The notes below the pieces were generated by a model. It did no database searches. It was not told the DNA's origin and saw only the letters and a program-made list of their open reading frames with translations. A stretch of DNA of 64,000 nt from assembly GCF_009914755.1 (NCBI RefSeq), contig NC_060925.1. One strand, given 5' to 3'. Made by a program: the position numbers and the translations under genes. Of this stretch, positions 1-13,380 are shown one piece after another (position 1 is the first letter of the stretch; each line of letters opens with the position of its first letter). This DNA comes from the human T2T-CHM13v2.0 reference genome, Homo sapiens.

Positions 1-2384
1 CTGCCATGCTCTGCCTTGCCTCTCAGCATCCTGGTTCCAGGCTGCCCTCATATCCGTAACTCTGGCTCAGCACTGCTCTCTCATGTCTAAGTGACCCTCT
101 ATTAGAGCTATCTTTCTGATGCCTGACTGCCTGCCCATAATCCAAGAAGCCATCTTTATCTTGGTTTTCCTGGTCCTAAATGCACTACTGGTTTCTGTGG
201 CAGTCTCTATAACCAAACCCACCTCAGGCATCAGGGATGCTCTAGACCCTTTTTCTCCTGAAAGAAGCAACAAAATATTGTGATCTGTCTGAATCTTCAG
301 TTTCCTTCTTCCTATGCCCAGGTTTTGTGGCTTGACCTGCCTATATACTGCCAAAGCTTTTACTACTTTTGTTCCTCATAGTGTGTTCTTGCCATGCCAT
401 TAACATGACTGCTTTTACCTGCTTCCTTTGCAAACTTTTATGTGTTTTCTCTTTCAAACTCCTTTAAGTTCTCTCTCATAAGCGAAAGAAGTCAAGACTC
501 TAGTACACTCATATCATAAAACTTATGCAAATCCAATTAATCCAATCAAAACTTATTTGTGTAAAAGCCTGTCTTATGTGCTCTTTGAAGTCATTTCCCA
601 TGAATGGAAATCTTAATTAGATGACTAAATTTAGAAGGATAGTGCATCTTGCAAGAAAACCAAGCACATTTAATCCTTAATAGTATAAACTGGAAAAACC
701 TGAGTTTTACCTACCAGGAATAGTACTGTTCGACTTCACATTAATTACAATCAGTGTTTTTCTGAAAGAACTGCAGTATCATATCCTCAAATTTATAGAG
801 CAATATATAGGTGTATATGTTACACTTTAATTTTCAATTTATAGTGAGAAGATTGAAGACATGTATTATACAGGTGAACACACCTGTTATGCAATTTAGA
901 AAATACAAGTCAAGGTGAATTAATTATAGAAGCAAAACATAGAAAGAGAAATAAAAATAAACTTGCCAAGTTGAATTTTAATTCTATATTTCCAACACAA
1001 ACTTTCATAATTGCACAAATATTTATCTTTTAGCATTGTCCATGATGCAAATAACAGTTTAACATCAGGTAGCATGTTTGTGACAAAAGTTAACTTCTTA
1101 GTAACCATCTAATCAAAAATGCATTTCACAGTATTAATTTTTATTTCAAAGTGAGAAAAACCCAAGAATTCTGCAACACACTTAGCAGCTGAGATCCATG
1201 TGCTAAATATTGCCCTAGATTCCTTAAAACTCTAAACCAATATTATATTTTTTCTCTTTAGTTTACTAAACTAAAATTGGTCACAGAAATAGAATTACTT
1301 GTGCGAGAGAGGTAGATTTAGAGGCCCCATTTTGCAGATAAAGAAAGTGAGGGTAAGATGTTAAATTGTGTATTACAGGTTTACCTCTTCAAGCTGGTAA
1401 AGGAATCTTGACTTCAACCTCTCAGTATCATTGTAATACATTTTTGACTCAACAGCTTTATGTTCTGAACCTAGCTACCTCTGTGCTATACACCTTCCCA
1501 GTCTAGGCATTGTTGTAGTTCCTTCAACCTACCAAGCTTTCTTCAGCCTAAACAACTTTGCATGCTGTTTGCTGAGAACACTCGTCCTTCACTTCCGTGA
1601 CTAGCAACATCACCTCCTCTCAGAAACCTTCTCTTTCATGATTGCCTCTTCCATTTTTCTCACTCCACTCCACCTCATTCCACTTCCAGTTATGCATACC
1701 TCCATCAGGATTAGTTAAAAATATACTAATACAGGGATCCTTTCTTCTATCTCTGACTATCTAGAACCCATTACACACAGACAGACTTGTCCAAGAAACA
1801 CTTGGTAAATGTTTTTAATAACTATATGAAGGAATGAATTACTGAATACTAACTTAAGCATGCTTAAGTCATTGTGCTTTAACACGATTGCTAATAGGCC
1901 ATTTCATTTTGAACCCATATGATAAGGGGAGAAGCTAATTTGCACTTGTTTGATATTTCACAAATTAGGAAATCCTGAATTTCAATGAACAGTATCTATA
2001 AACAACAAAATCCTAATATTATTTTATCTGTTCTGCCTGAAGTTAATTGAAGTTGTAAGTGATTGCCTGCCCAAGCAGCACCGAATCTTCCTTTACTCAT
2101 TAATGTCAATCTCTAAAGTACCACTAATTTTTATCACTCTCCAAGGAAAGAAACTTTTCTCAAAAATAGTTCCATGTATTGAGTCAAATGTTTCAACTCT
2201 TACTCTATGATTACTGATGAAAATGTACAGAGTATGATTCAGAGATCCTGAGTGACAATAAAATCATGACTCATCTCATTTAGAAACTCTGCCAGCTATC
2301 TGAATGCACCATGAGAACAACATCCAAAAAAGTGTTCTAATTTTATCATATATACACGTTTTCAGATGTAAATTTTACTGGCGG

Positions 2385-2847
2385 TGTTAGGTAAAATTTA
2401 TAGGATGCCAATGGTTTGGACTGAGCTCCTGCACTAGGCCCAGTGAACCAAACCAAAATGGAGTCACTCATACTAACATTCCATGTCATCAAACAGAAAC
2501 TAAGTTGTTTATCTGACCTTCCAAGAAATCAGAAGTTAATAGCCAATTAATAGCCAGAAGAGTTAATGGCCAATTCCTCAAACAAGCCAGTTTTAGCTGG
2601 CAGGATAAGGAAGTCCCTTCTGCTTTAACCTTTATACAGAAAGTAGCTTTGAAACAACCAATCTGCTTTTTGTTTTCTATTTCTGCTTTCTTCGGCCCTT
2701 TTCTTTCCATAAAACCAACCTCCTCTGCCTAGCTCGTTGGAACACTCATTCTATTTTATAGAATAAAGTGTTGCCAGATTCCAGAATCACAAGTAAAAGC
2801 CAATTAAGATCTTTGAATTAAATGTGTTGTAATTTTGTCTTTTGACA
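2385..2847 (+). mobile_element. 5' LTR of the provirus (MER93/MER57-like, subfamily uncertain)
   Basis: TG...CA termini; collinear with 9687-10116 (e.g. TTGGACTGAGCTCCTGCACTAGGCC and CCTTCCAAGAAATCAGAA in both). Confidence 0.85.
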
Positions 2848-3228
2848 GTTCTTGCAACCTAAGGGACCTGAATATCACTGCTGACAACTCCAGAGATCTC
2901 TTGAGGAAAGCAGGAGAGGCACTGCTGACCCTTTTGAGGTCCCCTGTCTTCCTCATGGAGCCCCAAGGGTTGTAAGTTCCTCTTAGGTAGGACTCTGATC
3001 TTTTTGCATCAACCCGCTGTTTTTATGGGCTTTTGAAGCCAGACTTAGTTTGTTCTGTGAGAAGACATTTGACCTTGGATTAGGTACCAAGAGTTAGTTT
3101 GTGCTGCGAGAGAGCGCATAACCTTTGGGTTTGGGGTGGCTGAGGAGTCACTGGTAAGAGCTGCAGTTTTAAAGCTAACTGATAGCTGTTGCAGTAAGTG
3201 CTTATTACTGCAGAGGGCATAAACTCCA

Positions 3229-4088
3229 TTTTTTTTTTATTATACTTTAAGTTTTAGGGTACATGTGCACATTGTGCAGGTTAGTTACATATGTCAACAT
3301 GTGCCATGCTGGTGCGCTGCACCCACTAACTCGTCATCTAGCATTAGGTATATCTCCCAATGCTATCCCTCCCCCCTCCCCCCACCCCACAACAGTCCCC
3401 AGAGTGTGATATTCCCCTTCCTGTGTCCATGTGATCTCATTGTTCAATTCCCACCTATGAGTGAGAATATGCGGTGTTTGGTTTTTTGTTCTTGCGATAG
3501 TTTACTGAGAATGATGATTTCCAATTTCATCCATGTCCCTACAAAGGACATGAACTCATCATTTTTTATGGCTGCATAGTATTCCATGGTGTATATGTGC
3601 CACATTTTCTTAATCCAGTCTATCATTGTTGGACATTTGGGTTGGTTCCAAGTCTTTGCTATTGTGAATAATGCTGCAATAAACATATGTGTGCATGTGT
3701 CTTTATAGCAGCATGATTTATAGTCCTTTGGGTATATACCCAGTAATGGGATGGCTGGGTCAAATGGTATTTGTAGTTCTAGATCCCTGAGGAATCGCCA
3801 CACTGACTTCCACAATGGTTGAACTAGTTTACAGTCCCACCAACAGTGTAAAAGTGTTCCTATTTCTCCACATCCTCTCCAGCACCTGTTGTTTCCTGAC
3901 TTTTTAATGATTACCATTCTAACTGGTGTGAGATGGGATAATCTCATTGTGGTTTTGATTTGCATTTCTCTGATGGCCAGTGATGATGAACATTTTTTCA
4001 TGTGATTTTTTGGTTGCATAAATGTCTTCTTTTGAGAAGTGTCTGTTCATGTCCTTCGCCCACTTTTTGATGGGTTGTTTTTTTCTTT
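3229..4088 (-). mobile_element. 5'-truncated young L1 (L1PA2-like) inserted in the provirus
   Basis: Poly(T) plus L1 3'UTR and ORF2 C-terminus (ORF 3444-4019, ...[19 protein letters not shown]...). The 3'UTR diagnostic site reads GATGACGAGTTAG (GAG, not the ACA/ACG of L1HS). Confidence 0.93.
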
Positions 4089-5253
4089 TTTTTTTTTTTG
4101 AAATTCACATGTAATTTGAATTCTATTCTCTTAATTTCTTTTTCTTGTGCACTTAGGTAAGGGAGGCCTCAGGTTCCTGAGTCAGACAGAAACTGGAATA
4201 TCACTAGCTAAGCTGCTCAAGTGTATCTCAAAGCCAAAGCCACAACTTGACTGGTGGGCTCAGTTCAGGAACTTAAGAACTACTAAAGCAGCCTGGCAAC
4301 AGAAAATAAGACTATTATGTTAGGATAAGCTGGACATGGAACAGGGCAGTGCCCGCCAGCATCAAGAGAGTGTCTATGCAATGAGATACCCTGCCAAAGC
4401 ATTACATGACCCAACCCTGCAGTCTTTCCCTCCTAGGATCTTATATTTGTTCTAAGGGAACCAAGATTCAATGTAAAAATGGGATCCTTAATTTCTAAAG
4501 AACTGAGTACACCCCCTTCCAGCTATGCTTGCCTTTTACATGTATAAGTATTCGTCCCTGGAAGCTTCAAACTCTTACAAAAATGGTGAAATCTTACCAA
4601 AGGTAATTTAGAATTAAAGTGGCCATTATGTAGAATGTTCCAGGTGAACAACACAGAACTTTACAGAGTGCATCTAAAATTGAGGACTCTCAAATTAAGC
4701 CCACTCAGGAACACCTATCTTGTGCAGAAGCTTCTAAAAAGATTTCAAAACATTTTATTGACTCTTTAAAAATATTCTTTTGCAAAGGTGAATAAAAATC
4801 TTAAGTGACTAATTGATAAGAAAATTTGAATCTATTAACCTTTTCCCTTAGTTACTATCCTATCCCAAAAGTGAAAAGAAATCTAAGATGTTTATAAAGG
4901 TTAGGACCTCAGGTAGAGCAGGTTTCCTTCTTTTTCAGAGGTATCCATGCTGAGTCCAGGCAAAGAAAATACTTTCTTTGATCTATTTGTTAATAGGTTC
5001 CACCCTGAAGTTGGTAATCTAGTAAGGAAACAAGCTAAGTTGAAAAAAAACTACCTAGCTAACTAAATTTGTCTCCAAAATATATCTTTCTTGTATTGAG
5101 CTGGCTATGTAAAAACTCTTCATAAAAATTTGTATCTATAAGAAAAACCACTCAAAATCCTTACAACAGAAAAGCTCATTGGTCTCAACAAGCCTGACCT
5201 TTGACCATTTTGTCTTAACTTGGCTTCCTACCTACACCTTTTCTTGTTTGGGA

Positions 5254-6112
5254 TGAAGGAGCTCTTAGAACAATAGATGACGGCTGTCTAGGTTTGGTGA
5301 AGTCTCCTCTCCTTTAATAAAAGTTAATTGTCCCTGATTGCTGGAACTTCCTAGGGAGAGGATTGATAATAACTGAGTTCCTCTGGGATGATCTGTCTTT
5401 AGGCAGATAAGGGGAATTCAGAAAGCTCCACCTTGCATTATGCTGTTTTTCAGGTGCCCTCAAACTAATCAACAGAGTCACGTGCTGCATAATAACATTG
5501 TGGTCATTGATTGACTACACAGATGACTGCGGTTTCAAAACCTTTTTGGTGGAGCTGAAAAATTCCTTAGTGATATTATACCATCATAACATTGTAGCAC
5601 AACTACTTTATTTTTTAAAATAAATTTAGTGTAGCCTAAATGTACAGTGTTTATGAAGTCTACAATAGTGTACAGTAATGTCCTAGGCCTTCACATTCAC
5701 TCGTCTCACTCTCTGAATCACCAGAGCAATTTCCAGTCCTGCAAACCCCTTTCATGATAATTGCCCTATACAGGTGTACCATTTTTTAATCTATTATACC
5801 ATATTTTTACTGTACCTCCTCTGTTTAAATATGTTTATATACACAAATACCACTGCGTTACAACTGTCACAGTTTTGAGTATAGTAACAAGCTGTACACA
5901 TTGGTACATAGCCTAGGAACAACAGATTATTCCATATAGCCTCATTGTATACACATTATGCCATTTAGGTTTGTGTAAGTACACTTCATGATGTTTGCAC
6001 AATGACAAAATCACCTAACAATACATTTGTCAGAAAGTATCCCTGTTGTTAAGGGACATATGACTGTATACAATGCAACATATTTTGAGGTGGCATTTCC
6101 TGAATTCCTTCA
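5254..6112 (-). mobile_element. Partial MER34/MER39-like LTR inside the provirus, split by a Tigger3
   Basis: Minus strand starts TGAAGGAATTCAGGAAATGCCACCTCAAAATATG (recalled MER34-family start); continues across the Tigger insertion. No clear TSD. Confidence 0.55.
5475..6066 (+). mobile_element. Tigger3-family DNA transposon (non-autonomous)
   Basis: Degenerate TIRs GAGTCACGTGCTGCATAA... / ...TTAAGGGACATATGACTG followed by TA; internal AATTTAGTGTAGCCTAA...GTCCTAGGCCTTCACATTCACTC typical of Tigger3. Confidence 0.8.
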
Positions 6113-9100
6113 ATGGCTAGTTTGTTTAAGGAACAACTGAAGTATAATTGTTAAGAATGAGTAAATTTGGAGAATGTTAATGGGATAAAAGTTTACAAAT
6201 GCACTTGTCACCGTTTCAAAAATATTTTTTCAGTAACTTGAAATCTTAAAGTCACATTATATTAAATTAAGTAATGGATATTTATGAAACATCTGAGTCA
6301 TTTCTAAGTTAGCTATAATACTAAAACATTAATTGCTGAACATATGTTTAAAGTATATATACTTTGGCATCTTATTTTTATATGGTATGGAGAAGCTAAA
6401 TATATTTAGGTATGTTAGTAAACATGAAAAAATTGTTCTAGAGGAAACACATAATTTTAAAAATTATAAAATGTACTAACATTCATAAAATGTTAGTATA
6501 AGACACGGAGTTCAAAATTGCTTAATTCCCAGGTTTTCACTAAAACTTAAGGTTACTAGGAATTTAAAATTCTAATTAACATATGGTAACTAAAAGTAGA
6601 AATAATAAGGGGAACAACTCTGGATGTGAGAAAAGTAAGGCTTTTTTTAATAAAAGAAGTTGTAAAGTATAAGGATATATTTTTGTTAAAGGAATAAGGG
6701 AATAATCTTTGTTCCAAAGTAGAGTGGTTATTCCAAAATGAGAAAATAGGAAAAGTATAGGCCAAAAACTGAATGGATAAGAAAACTGTAGAATATTTGT
6801 GGAAGACGAATCTTGTGAAAAGAATTTTATGCGTGATAAAGCTGGCTAAAATTAGAAGGTAACTCTTTATGTTTTTCTAAATAGGGAACATTACACATCA
6901 AAAGTACACTGATGCAAAATTAAAATTTGGTCCTCTGTTACAATGACAAGGTTTTCTTGGAGAGTTGATCTGCTCTTAATAGAAAATAGTGAAATGGGTG
7001 TTTTTTTTAACCTTTTAGGTAATTGGCCTAGGAAACAGGGATTCTCTGCTATCAAGATGATTCCCTATGCTTCAAATTTTCTTTATTAGTTCTTTGATTA
7101 CTTAAGAAAATTGATTCTTCTCCATACTGAAAGAGCTAAGGTTTTCCGACATCTATATAACTTCCTGTATTTGCCTCTTAAAGTCTTTCAATTATCACTC
7201 TGGATAAATAAATGACTATTACTTTACAGTGATATGTAATATTGTTTTGATCAAGTGTTTTAACTACTTTGATACTGACAAACTTCCCAAAATCAAATGC
7301 TAAATTAAGTCTTCCTGATCTCAAGTTAACTTTGGGATTTTTCCACTTAAGCCCCGGAAAAACTTCTAAGGATATGTCTCTTATGTAGTATAAGAGAGGT
7401 ATTAAAATAATTAGGCTTATTTGATATGTTAAATTATATGGGAAGCACTTTCAAATATTAAGTGATTTTTCTTTAAGTGATATTTATGGGTATATTACTA
7501 ATGAGTGTCCTAAAATACTGTATGAAATTCCTAAAAATCTGATCTGTTATTAGTCATAATTTTGGTTTTTATTTTAAAACATGGTACACAACAGAAATAC
7601 CATATTTCCCTATGAGTTGTGCCATTATCATAGTGAACTCAAATCAGATCTTTAACTATGGTCATTTTAAGTCCTTTTGTCCACAGTTAATTGCTTTATT
7701 CTAATGCTTTTCTGAAAGCCTTTTGCAAGCAACTGTAATCCTAATGTGTGATGCATTCAAATAAATTCATGGAAAAGACTCTGACAAATACTGTTTTCTG
7801 ATAACTTTAGATCACACCATGGGACTGGGTAAGAATTTCTATCACTCTAATGAAGAAACCAGTGGGTTCATGAAACTGTTAACCAAAGGCAAGCAGAATA
7901 AAAATTAATTAGATGAAATAAACTAATAAAGAATTATGCATTTTACACTTTTTTTTAACATTGCTGATTCTTTTGATTTGTTTTTCTAGGTTTAAGAAAA
8001 TATGTTTTTTCTCTTAAGCTACCGAAAATTTATAGCAATTTGGTATAGTATACTTTCATGAACAAAAATTGAAATATTTACTTTTTCTCCATAACCGATC
8101 TCTCCAGAATTTGGAAACTATTCATGGGCATTCTTATTTTTATGGAAATAAAGTTATTTGCACAAGTGCAGTAAGAGTATGTTCTGCTTATAACAGTATA
8201 GAGTCAGAAATATTGGTTATATTACCAAAACTTTGACTGGAATGTGGTATCTGAGAAAAGACCTAGAATGAATCTGTATGTACTGCAGGTCAAGTCTAAA
8301 GTCCACTTTGATTTGACTTCCCAGCCTTGAGAGGTTTTAAAAAGTCAAATCTGAAATTCTTTGTCAAAAGTTGCAGCAAAGCAAACTTGCAAAGAGCCTA
8401 TGTGGTCAATCTCTATTGTTTCATTTATGTATTCAGGCCAAGTTTAATGAGATTAGACCTATGTTGTAAACAAATTGGTCTTACTCTAATTATCTTTATT
8501 ATAAATGGGATAACTGTAGAGAAAAAGCTTATGTTTATGAAGAAAAAATATACTATACCTGTTATTAGGTTGTAGCCCTATTCATTGTTTTTAAGATTTA
8601 TTATCAACTTGTAGGCTAGACTATATCCTGAATTATCTAGTTTCCTCCAATATTGGGCTACAACTCTCTAAGAACAAGATCTGCTTTGTTCCTGAAGCCC
8701 TGTAAGCTAAAACTGGACAACTCAATTTAAATTTCAAGGAATAAATCTCATGCCTGATGTGTGGGCCATACTGAGAGCTCACCAAACACCCAATACCATA
8801 ACCACAGATATTGACACTATAAATTAGGACAAGAAGTTGATGACTTCATGTAGTATACTACTTTTCTCAAGATATTTGGACATATCATAATAAGATTCTT
8901 GCTTCTCTTAAGTTTTCCTTGCTTATGCCTCTATTTTTCCCTTGGCAGGATCACGCTATAGTTGTAATTTCTCAATCGGTGCCTTCTGTGGGTAACTTGA
9001 TGAAATATTGGATTTGACATGCCAAACTCAGATCATTATATGAACTAAGGAATCCTTTAGTCCACCCAGCACGTAACTTTAGCAACATCCCTAACACAAC

Positions 9101-9198
9101 TGCTGTTCAAGTTGTACCAGTGATCCCTTTTATAGAGTAAGACTTCTAGATCTGCTTGTTCTCACTCCTCTTTAATTTAACAGAGTCATGGGTTGTCA

Positions 9199-9566
9199 GA
9201 TTACCTACTAACTGAACAGGGAGGAGTCTGTGCAGTTGCTGACACTTCTCGTTGCACATGAATAAACACATGAAGCACTGTAGGAACTCAGTTGCAAAAA
9301 GTTAATAAACAGCCTATTTGGTTAAAATGGGCAGAATCATCATATGCTCATTCTTTGATCTGTTCAATTTTAGTTGGTTTGGTTCATGGGGACCCTGGCT
9401 AAGAAACATATTCCAAACTCTTGGAATTATTCTCCTAATAATCATAATAGTACTCTCCTTGGTATACTGTATTATCTCAAGTTTTAAATGTTTGCTTTCA
9501 ACTATTCATGGAATGTCAAATGGTCTCTTTGGCTGGAATAGAAAAAGAACTCAAAGAAATGCTTAA
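9199..9566 (+). pseudogene. Retroviral env transmembrane-subunit remnant (stops and frameshift)
   Basis: Frame from 9199 reads DYLLTEQGGVCAVADTSRCT*INT (end of immunosuppressive domain and degenerate CX6CC). A shifted frame gives WFGSWGPWLRNIFQTLGIILLIIIIVLSLVYCII (membrane anchor), just upstream of the PPT/3' LTR. Confidence 0.85.
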
Positions 9567-9686
9567 TCATGAGGACACTGTAACCCACAAATGGTGTGTT
9601 AACACTAGAAACTCAGAATAACAGTAACAGAGTTGTGGTAATGCTCCAATCTACCAAAAGTAAGAGTGTGATCAAAAGAGGAGAAC

Positions 9687-10116
9687 TGTTAAATAAAATG
9701 TACAGAACACGGGCTTGGACTGAGCTCCTGCACTAGGCCTAAGGAACCAAACTAAATGTAATCATCCATGCTAAAGTTCCATGTCACCAAGCCAAAACTA
9801 AGTTATTTATCTGCCCTTCCAAGAAATCAGAATAAGAGACAATAGCCAAAACCCCAAACAAGCCAGTTCTGGCTGGCATGATAAGGAAGTCCACTCTGCT
9901 TTGACCTGTGTAAGAGAAGTGACTGTGAAATAACCAATCTGCTTTTTGTTTTCTGTTTCTTCTTTCCTCAGCCCTTTTATGTCTATATAACCAGACTCCT
10001 CTGCTCAGCTCATTGGAACTCACTCTGTTTTATAGAATGAAGTGTTATCCAATTCTAGAATCACAAATAAGAGCCAATTAAGATATTTAAACCAAATTTG
10101 TTGTAATTTTTTGACA
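9687..10116 (+). mobile_element. 3' LTR of the provirus
   Basis: TG...CA termini, preceded by a PPT, homologous to the 5' LTR. Confidence 0.85.
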
Positions 10117-10159
10117 GTGGTTTGATTTATAAAAGTGAAAGAAAGATGATCTTAAGTCA

Positions 10160-10541
<382 letters not shown>

Positions 10542-13094
10542 AAAGAAAAAGCACATACCATACTATATAAATGCTTAAGTAGTGAAAATTTAAAGTTATG
10601 AATATATGTGCTATGTACTATTAAAGATATAGGAATGTGAAATAGTAATTACAGAGGCAAAATGTGACTATGTTAAAGATTTTTAAAACAAAATGATGAG
10701 TGTGTGAAATATTCTCCATTTGAAGTAAGTGAGATTTATTTTGGACTGTCTTATACAGCTTTGATTAAACAAAAAATGAAATGAATATACATGAAGAAAA
10801 TATTAGAAATCAGTGATGATTAGGAAATAAAGTAAAACTAAAGACTTGAGTTTTGGAAAAATAATTTGGACTTTATAACCTAGGCCTCTATGGATGGGCA
10901 GTACGCCTAAATATATTTTCTCATAAAAATTTTCTTTCATTCAAGTGCCCAGGAAATTATTAACAGTCTTAAAGAAACAAGAGTGTCTAAACTAATTTTA
11001 ATTTCTATTAATTTTATTTTTTTAAATACACAAATATTAGCGTTATTTATATCTACCATTTTAAAGGCATTATGGTAGTCAGGATGTGGTGAGCAAGAAG
11101 CAAAAATACGCAAGACAAATATGCTAGTCTATAGGAATTTATAATCTTTTGACAGCCAAAATATGTGTGTATGTAATTAACTATAATGCACAACCATGTA
11201 GTATACTACATCATATATACTACATACAATTGGAAGCATTTTAATAATCATCTGATTCCAAGACAGTAAACCCAATTAGATGAAGTTTCCTGGAGTGTTC
11301 TCTTAAGGTTTAGAAGCCCAGCTTAGTCTCAGCAGGAGAGAAAATGCCATGATCTCTCAGCAACATTTACTGTGTTCATGAAGCAGGACAGTGTCACCAT
11401 ACTGTGTTTTGCCTATTTGAAAAAAAAAAAAGATGAATCTACTCTAAGGATGAAACAAATTGACCACAAGGTGTCGTTACACCCGCCCCAAGTCTAATGC
11501 ATTGAGAAAAAAAAATAGCATGCAAAATAGGTACACTTTCTACTCCATTTTCTACTCCATTTGCAAAATAAGTACACTTTCTACTCCATTTGCAAGGTAC
11601 ACTCAAAATACATCATTCAGTAGTGGTGACAACAGTTAAGAACATAAGACATCTTGTGTACAGTCAGATATGGGCAGCCAGAGTAGTAGAAAGGGCTCAT
11701 GTCCATGTTATATGAAGTTAAAGATTCTCAGTTCAAGAAAAGAACAGTCAGAGAACTGAAAAGTAACTTCAAACACTATGAAACCACCTAAGTTGTTCCA
11801 AATAACTTCAAAAGGTTGAGTGAGGTCAGTGAGGAGATTCAGAGAGACAGACTTTATTTCACTGGAAGGCGGAGCATCCCAATAGTCAGACTTGATTTTT
11901 ACATAGAAACAGCTGCCTGGGGAAGCAATGAGTCAGTATCCTGTCCCAGTTGGAGTTCAAACCTTTGCTAACCAGATAGCTAATGATACAGAGGCCCAAA
12001 AAAAAGGACTAGACTTTCTCAAGGGCTTATAGCTAGTAAGCAGCAGAGCAAGGAGGAACACGTACTTGCCTGCCTGTCAGGCCAGTGAGTCACTGTTCAT
12101 TTCATTTGTCTTGCTTTCTCTCCAGCAATCCATCCCATACCCACAGGTACCCCTTTATCTTATGCAGAATATATAAGATAAGGGAAAAATACAGGAGTTT
12201 ATAGAAAAGATGGATTACTGTTGAGTAGAAGCATTAAGGAAAGAGTTATGAAAGAGATAGTATTGGAGCTGTCTAAATTAAAGGATGGAAAGTGTTTAAA
12301 TAAATCCAAATTAAGAACACAGAAAACAACATCAAGTACAGTAGCTCACAGAACTACTTTCTCAAGTCACTGGTGCTTCCCAGGAAATGGTACCAGGACT
12401 GAACCAGTCCTGCTATTATGTTTGCTATTATTTTGAGAGTACTCCTAAGAACAGATTGTGTCCCTTCAAAAATAAATATGAGTTCAAAATATAAATATAT
12501 AAATGTCTATGCTTTTCTCTTAAATTTATACCACTGAATATCTCTTCTGCCTCTAAGCAGTTGCCAAACTAATGACTATGTCTCAGGTGCAATAGATATT
12601 CTATATGTTACTTATACTGTTATATTATGCTATGTGAAAATCACACTGTAAGAATTCAAAATCTGTGCATCAAAAATGGGTAGATTTTGGTTATATCCAC
12701 TTGTAGCAAGTTTCAAATGTAGTGTTACTTTTTGTCTGAAAAGATTTGATGTTAGAAACAAAAAAGCATCATATCAAGCCAAATGACATGGGTGTTAAAT
12801 GCTCTTTTTCCCTGTCTTTTGCTACCTCTTCACTATCACAGTATTTAACTATAAATACAATATTCAGTAAAATCTTTTGGGACAACAGTATAGTCACTCA
12901 GAAAAAAACTCTCATAGTAGTCACATACTCTTCATCTATCTTCCAATTAATACTGCCATAAAGAAAGATTCATTGCAGATGGCCTTAACATCTGTAGGAA
13001 ATGGCAAAAAATAACAGTATTAGTGAGAAGGGCCATCCCTGTATTAAAAGCACATATGGAACCATTCTGTCGAGGTATGTCACTTCCTTTATGT

Positions 13095-13380
13095 GGGGTC
13101 ATAGGTTAGCCACTTAATCTTTCTGTGCCTCAGTGTCCTCATCTGTAAGCTGAAATAACAATAGGGTCTCATAATGCTGATGTAAGCACTATGTTAGTTA
13201 ATATGTATAAAGTAGTTGAACAATGTCTGCTACACAGTAAGTGCTCTATATACGTCAGCTACTTGTGTATTTGTGTTAACTCATTAGTTGCATAACCTTG
13301 GCCAAGTCATTTAGTCTCTCTAGGCATTGATTTGACAATTATGAGATAAAACTATATAATCTCTAAGCCCTTCTTCACGA
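13095..13380 (+). mobile_element. MIR fragments
   Basis: MIR core-like TTAATCTTTCTGTGCCTCAGTGTCCTCATCTGTAA and ACCTTGGCCAAGTCATTTAGTCTCTCT. Confidence 0.65.

Larger units (their letters stand above)
2385..10116 (+). mobile_element. ERV1-class (MER4-group) degenerate provirus with two LTRs, antisense to PLPPR5 in intron 1
   Basis: Paired LTRs 2385-2847 and 9687-10116 (both TGTTA...TTGACA); 4-bp flanks GCGG/GTGG (TSD with CpG decay); PBS-like TTGCAACCTAAGGGAC after the 5' LTR; purine tract AAAAGAGGAGAAC before the 3' LTR; env TM remnant. Confidence 0.88.

Noticed and set aside
3265-4019. 191-aa and 104-aa ORFs
   Set aside because: L1 ORF2 C-terminus and its antisense frame, not host genes. 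The same applies to ORFs at 45.6-46.7 kb, 53-55 kb and 59-64 kb.
11600-11990. Possible L3/CR1 remnant
   Set aside because: Resemblance too weak to support by eye; needs an HMM search.
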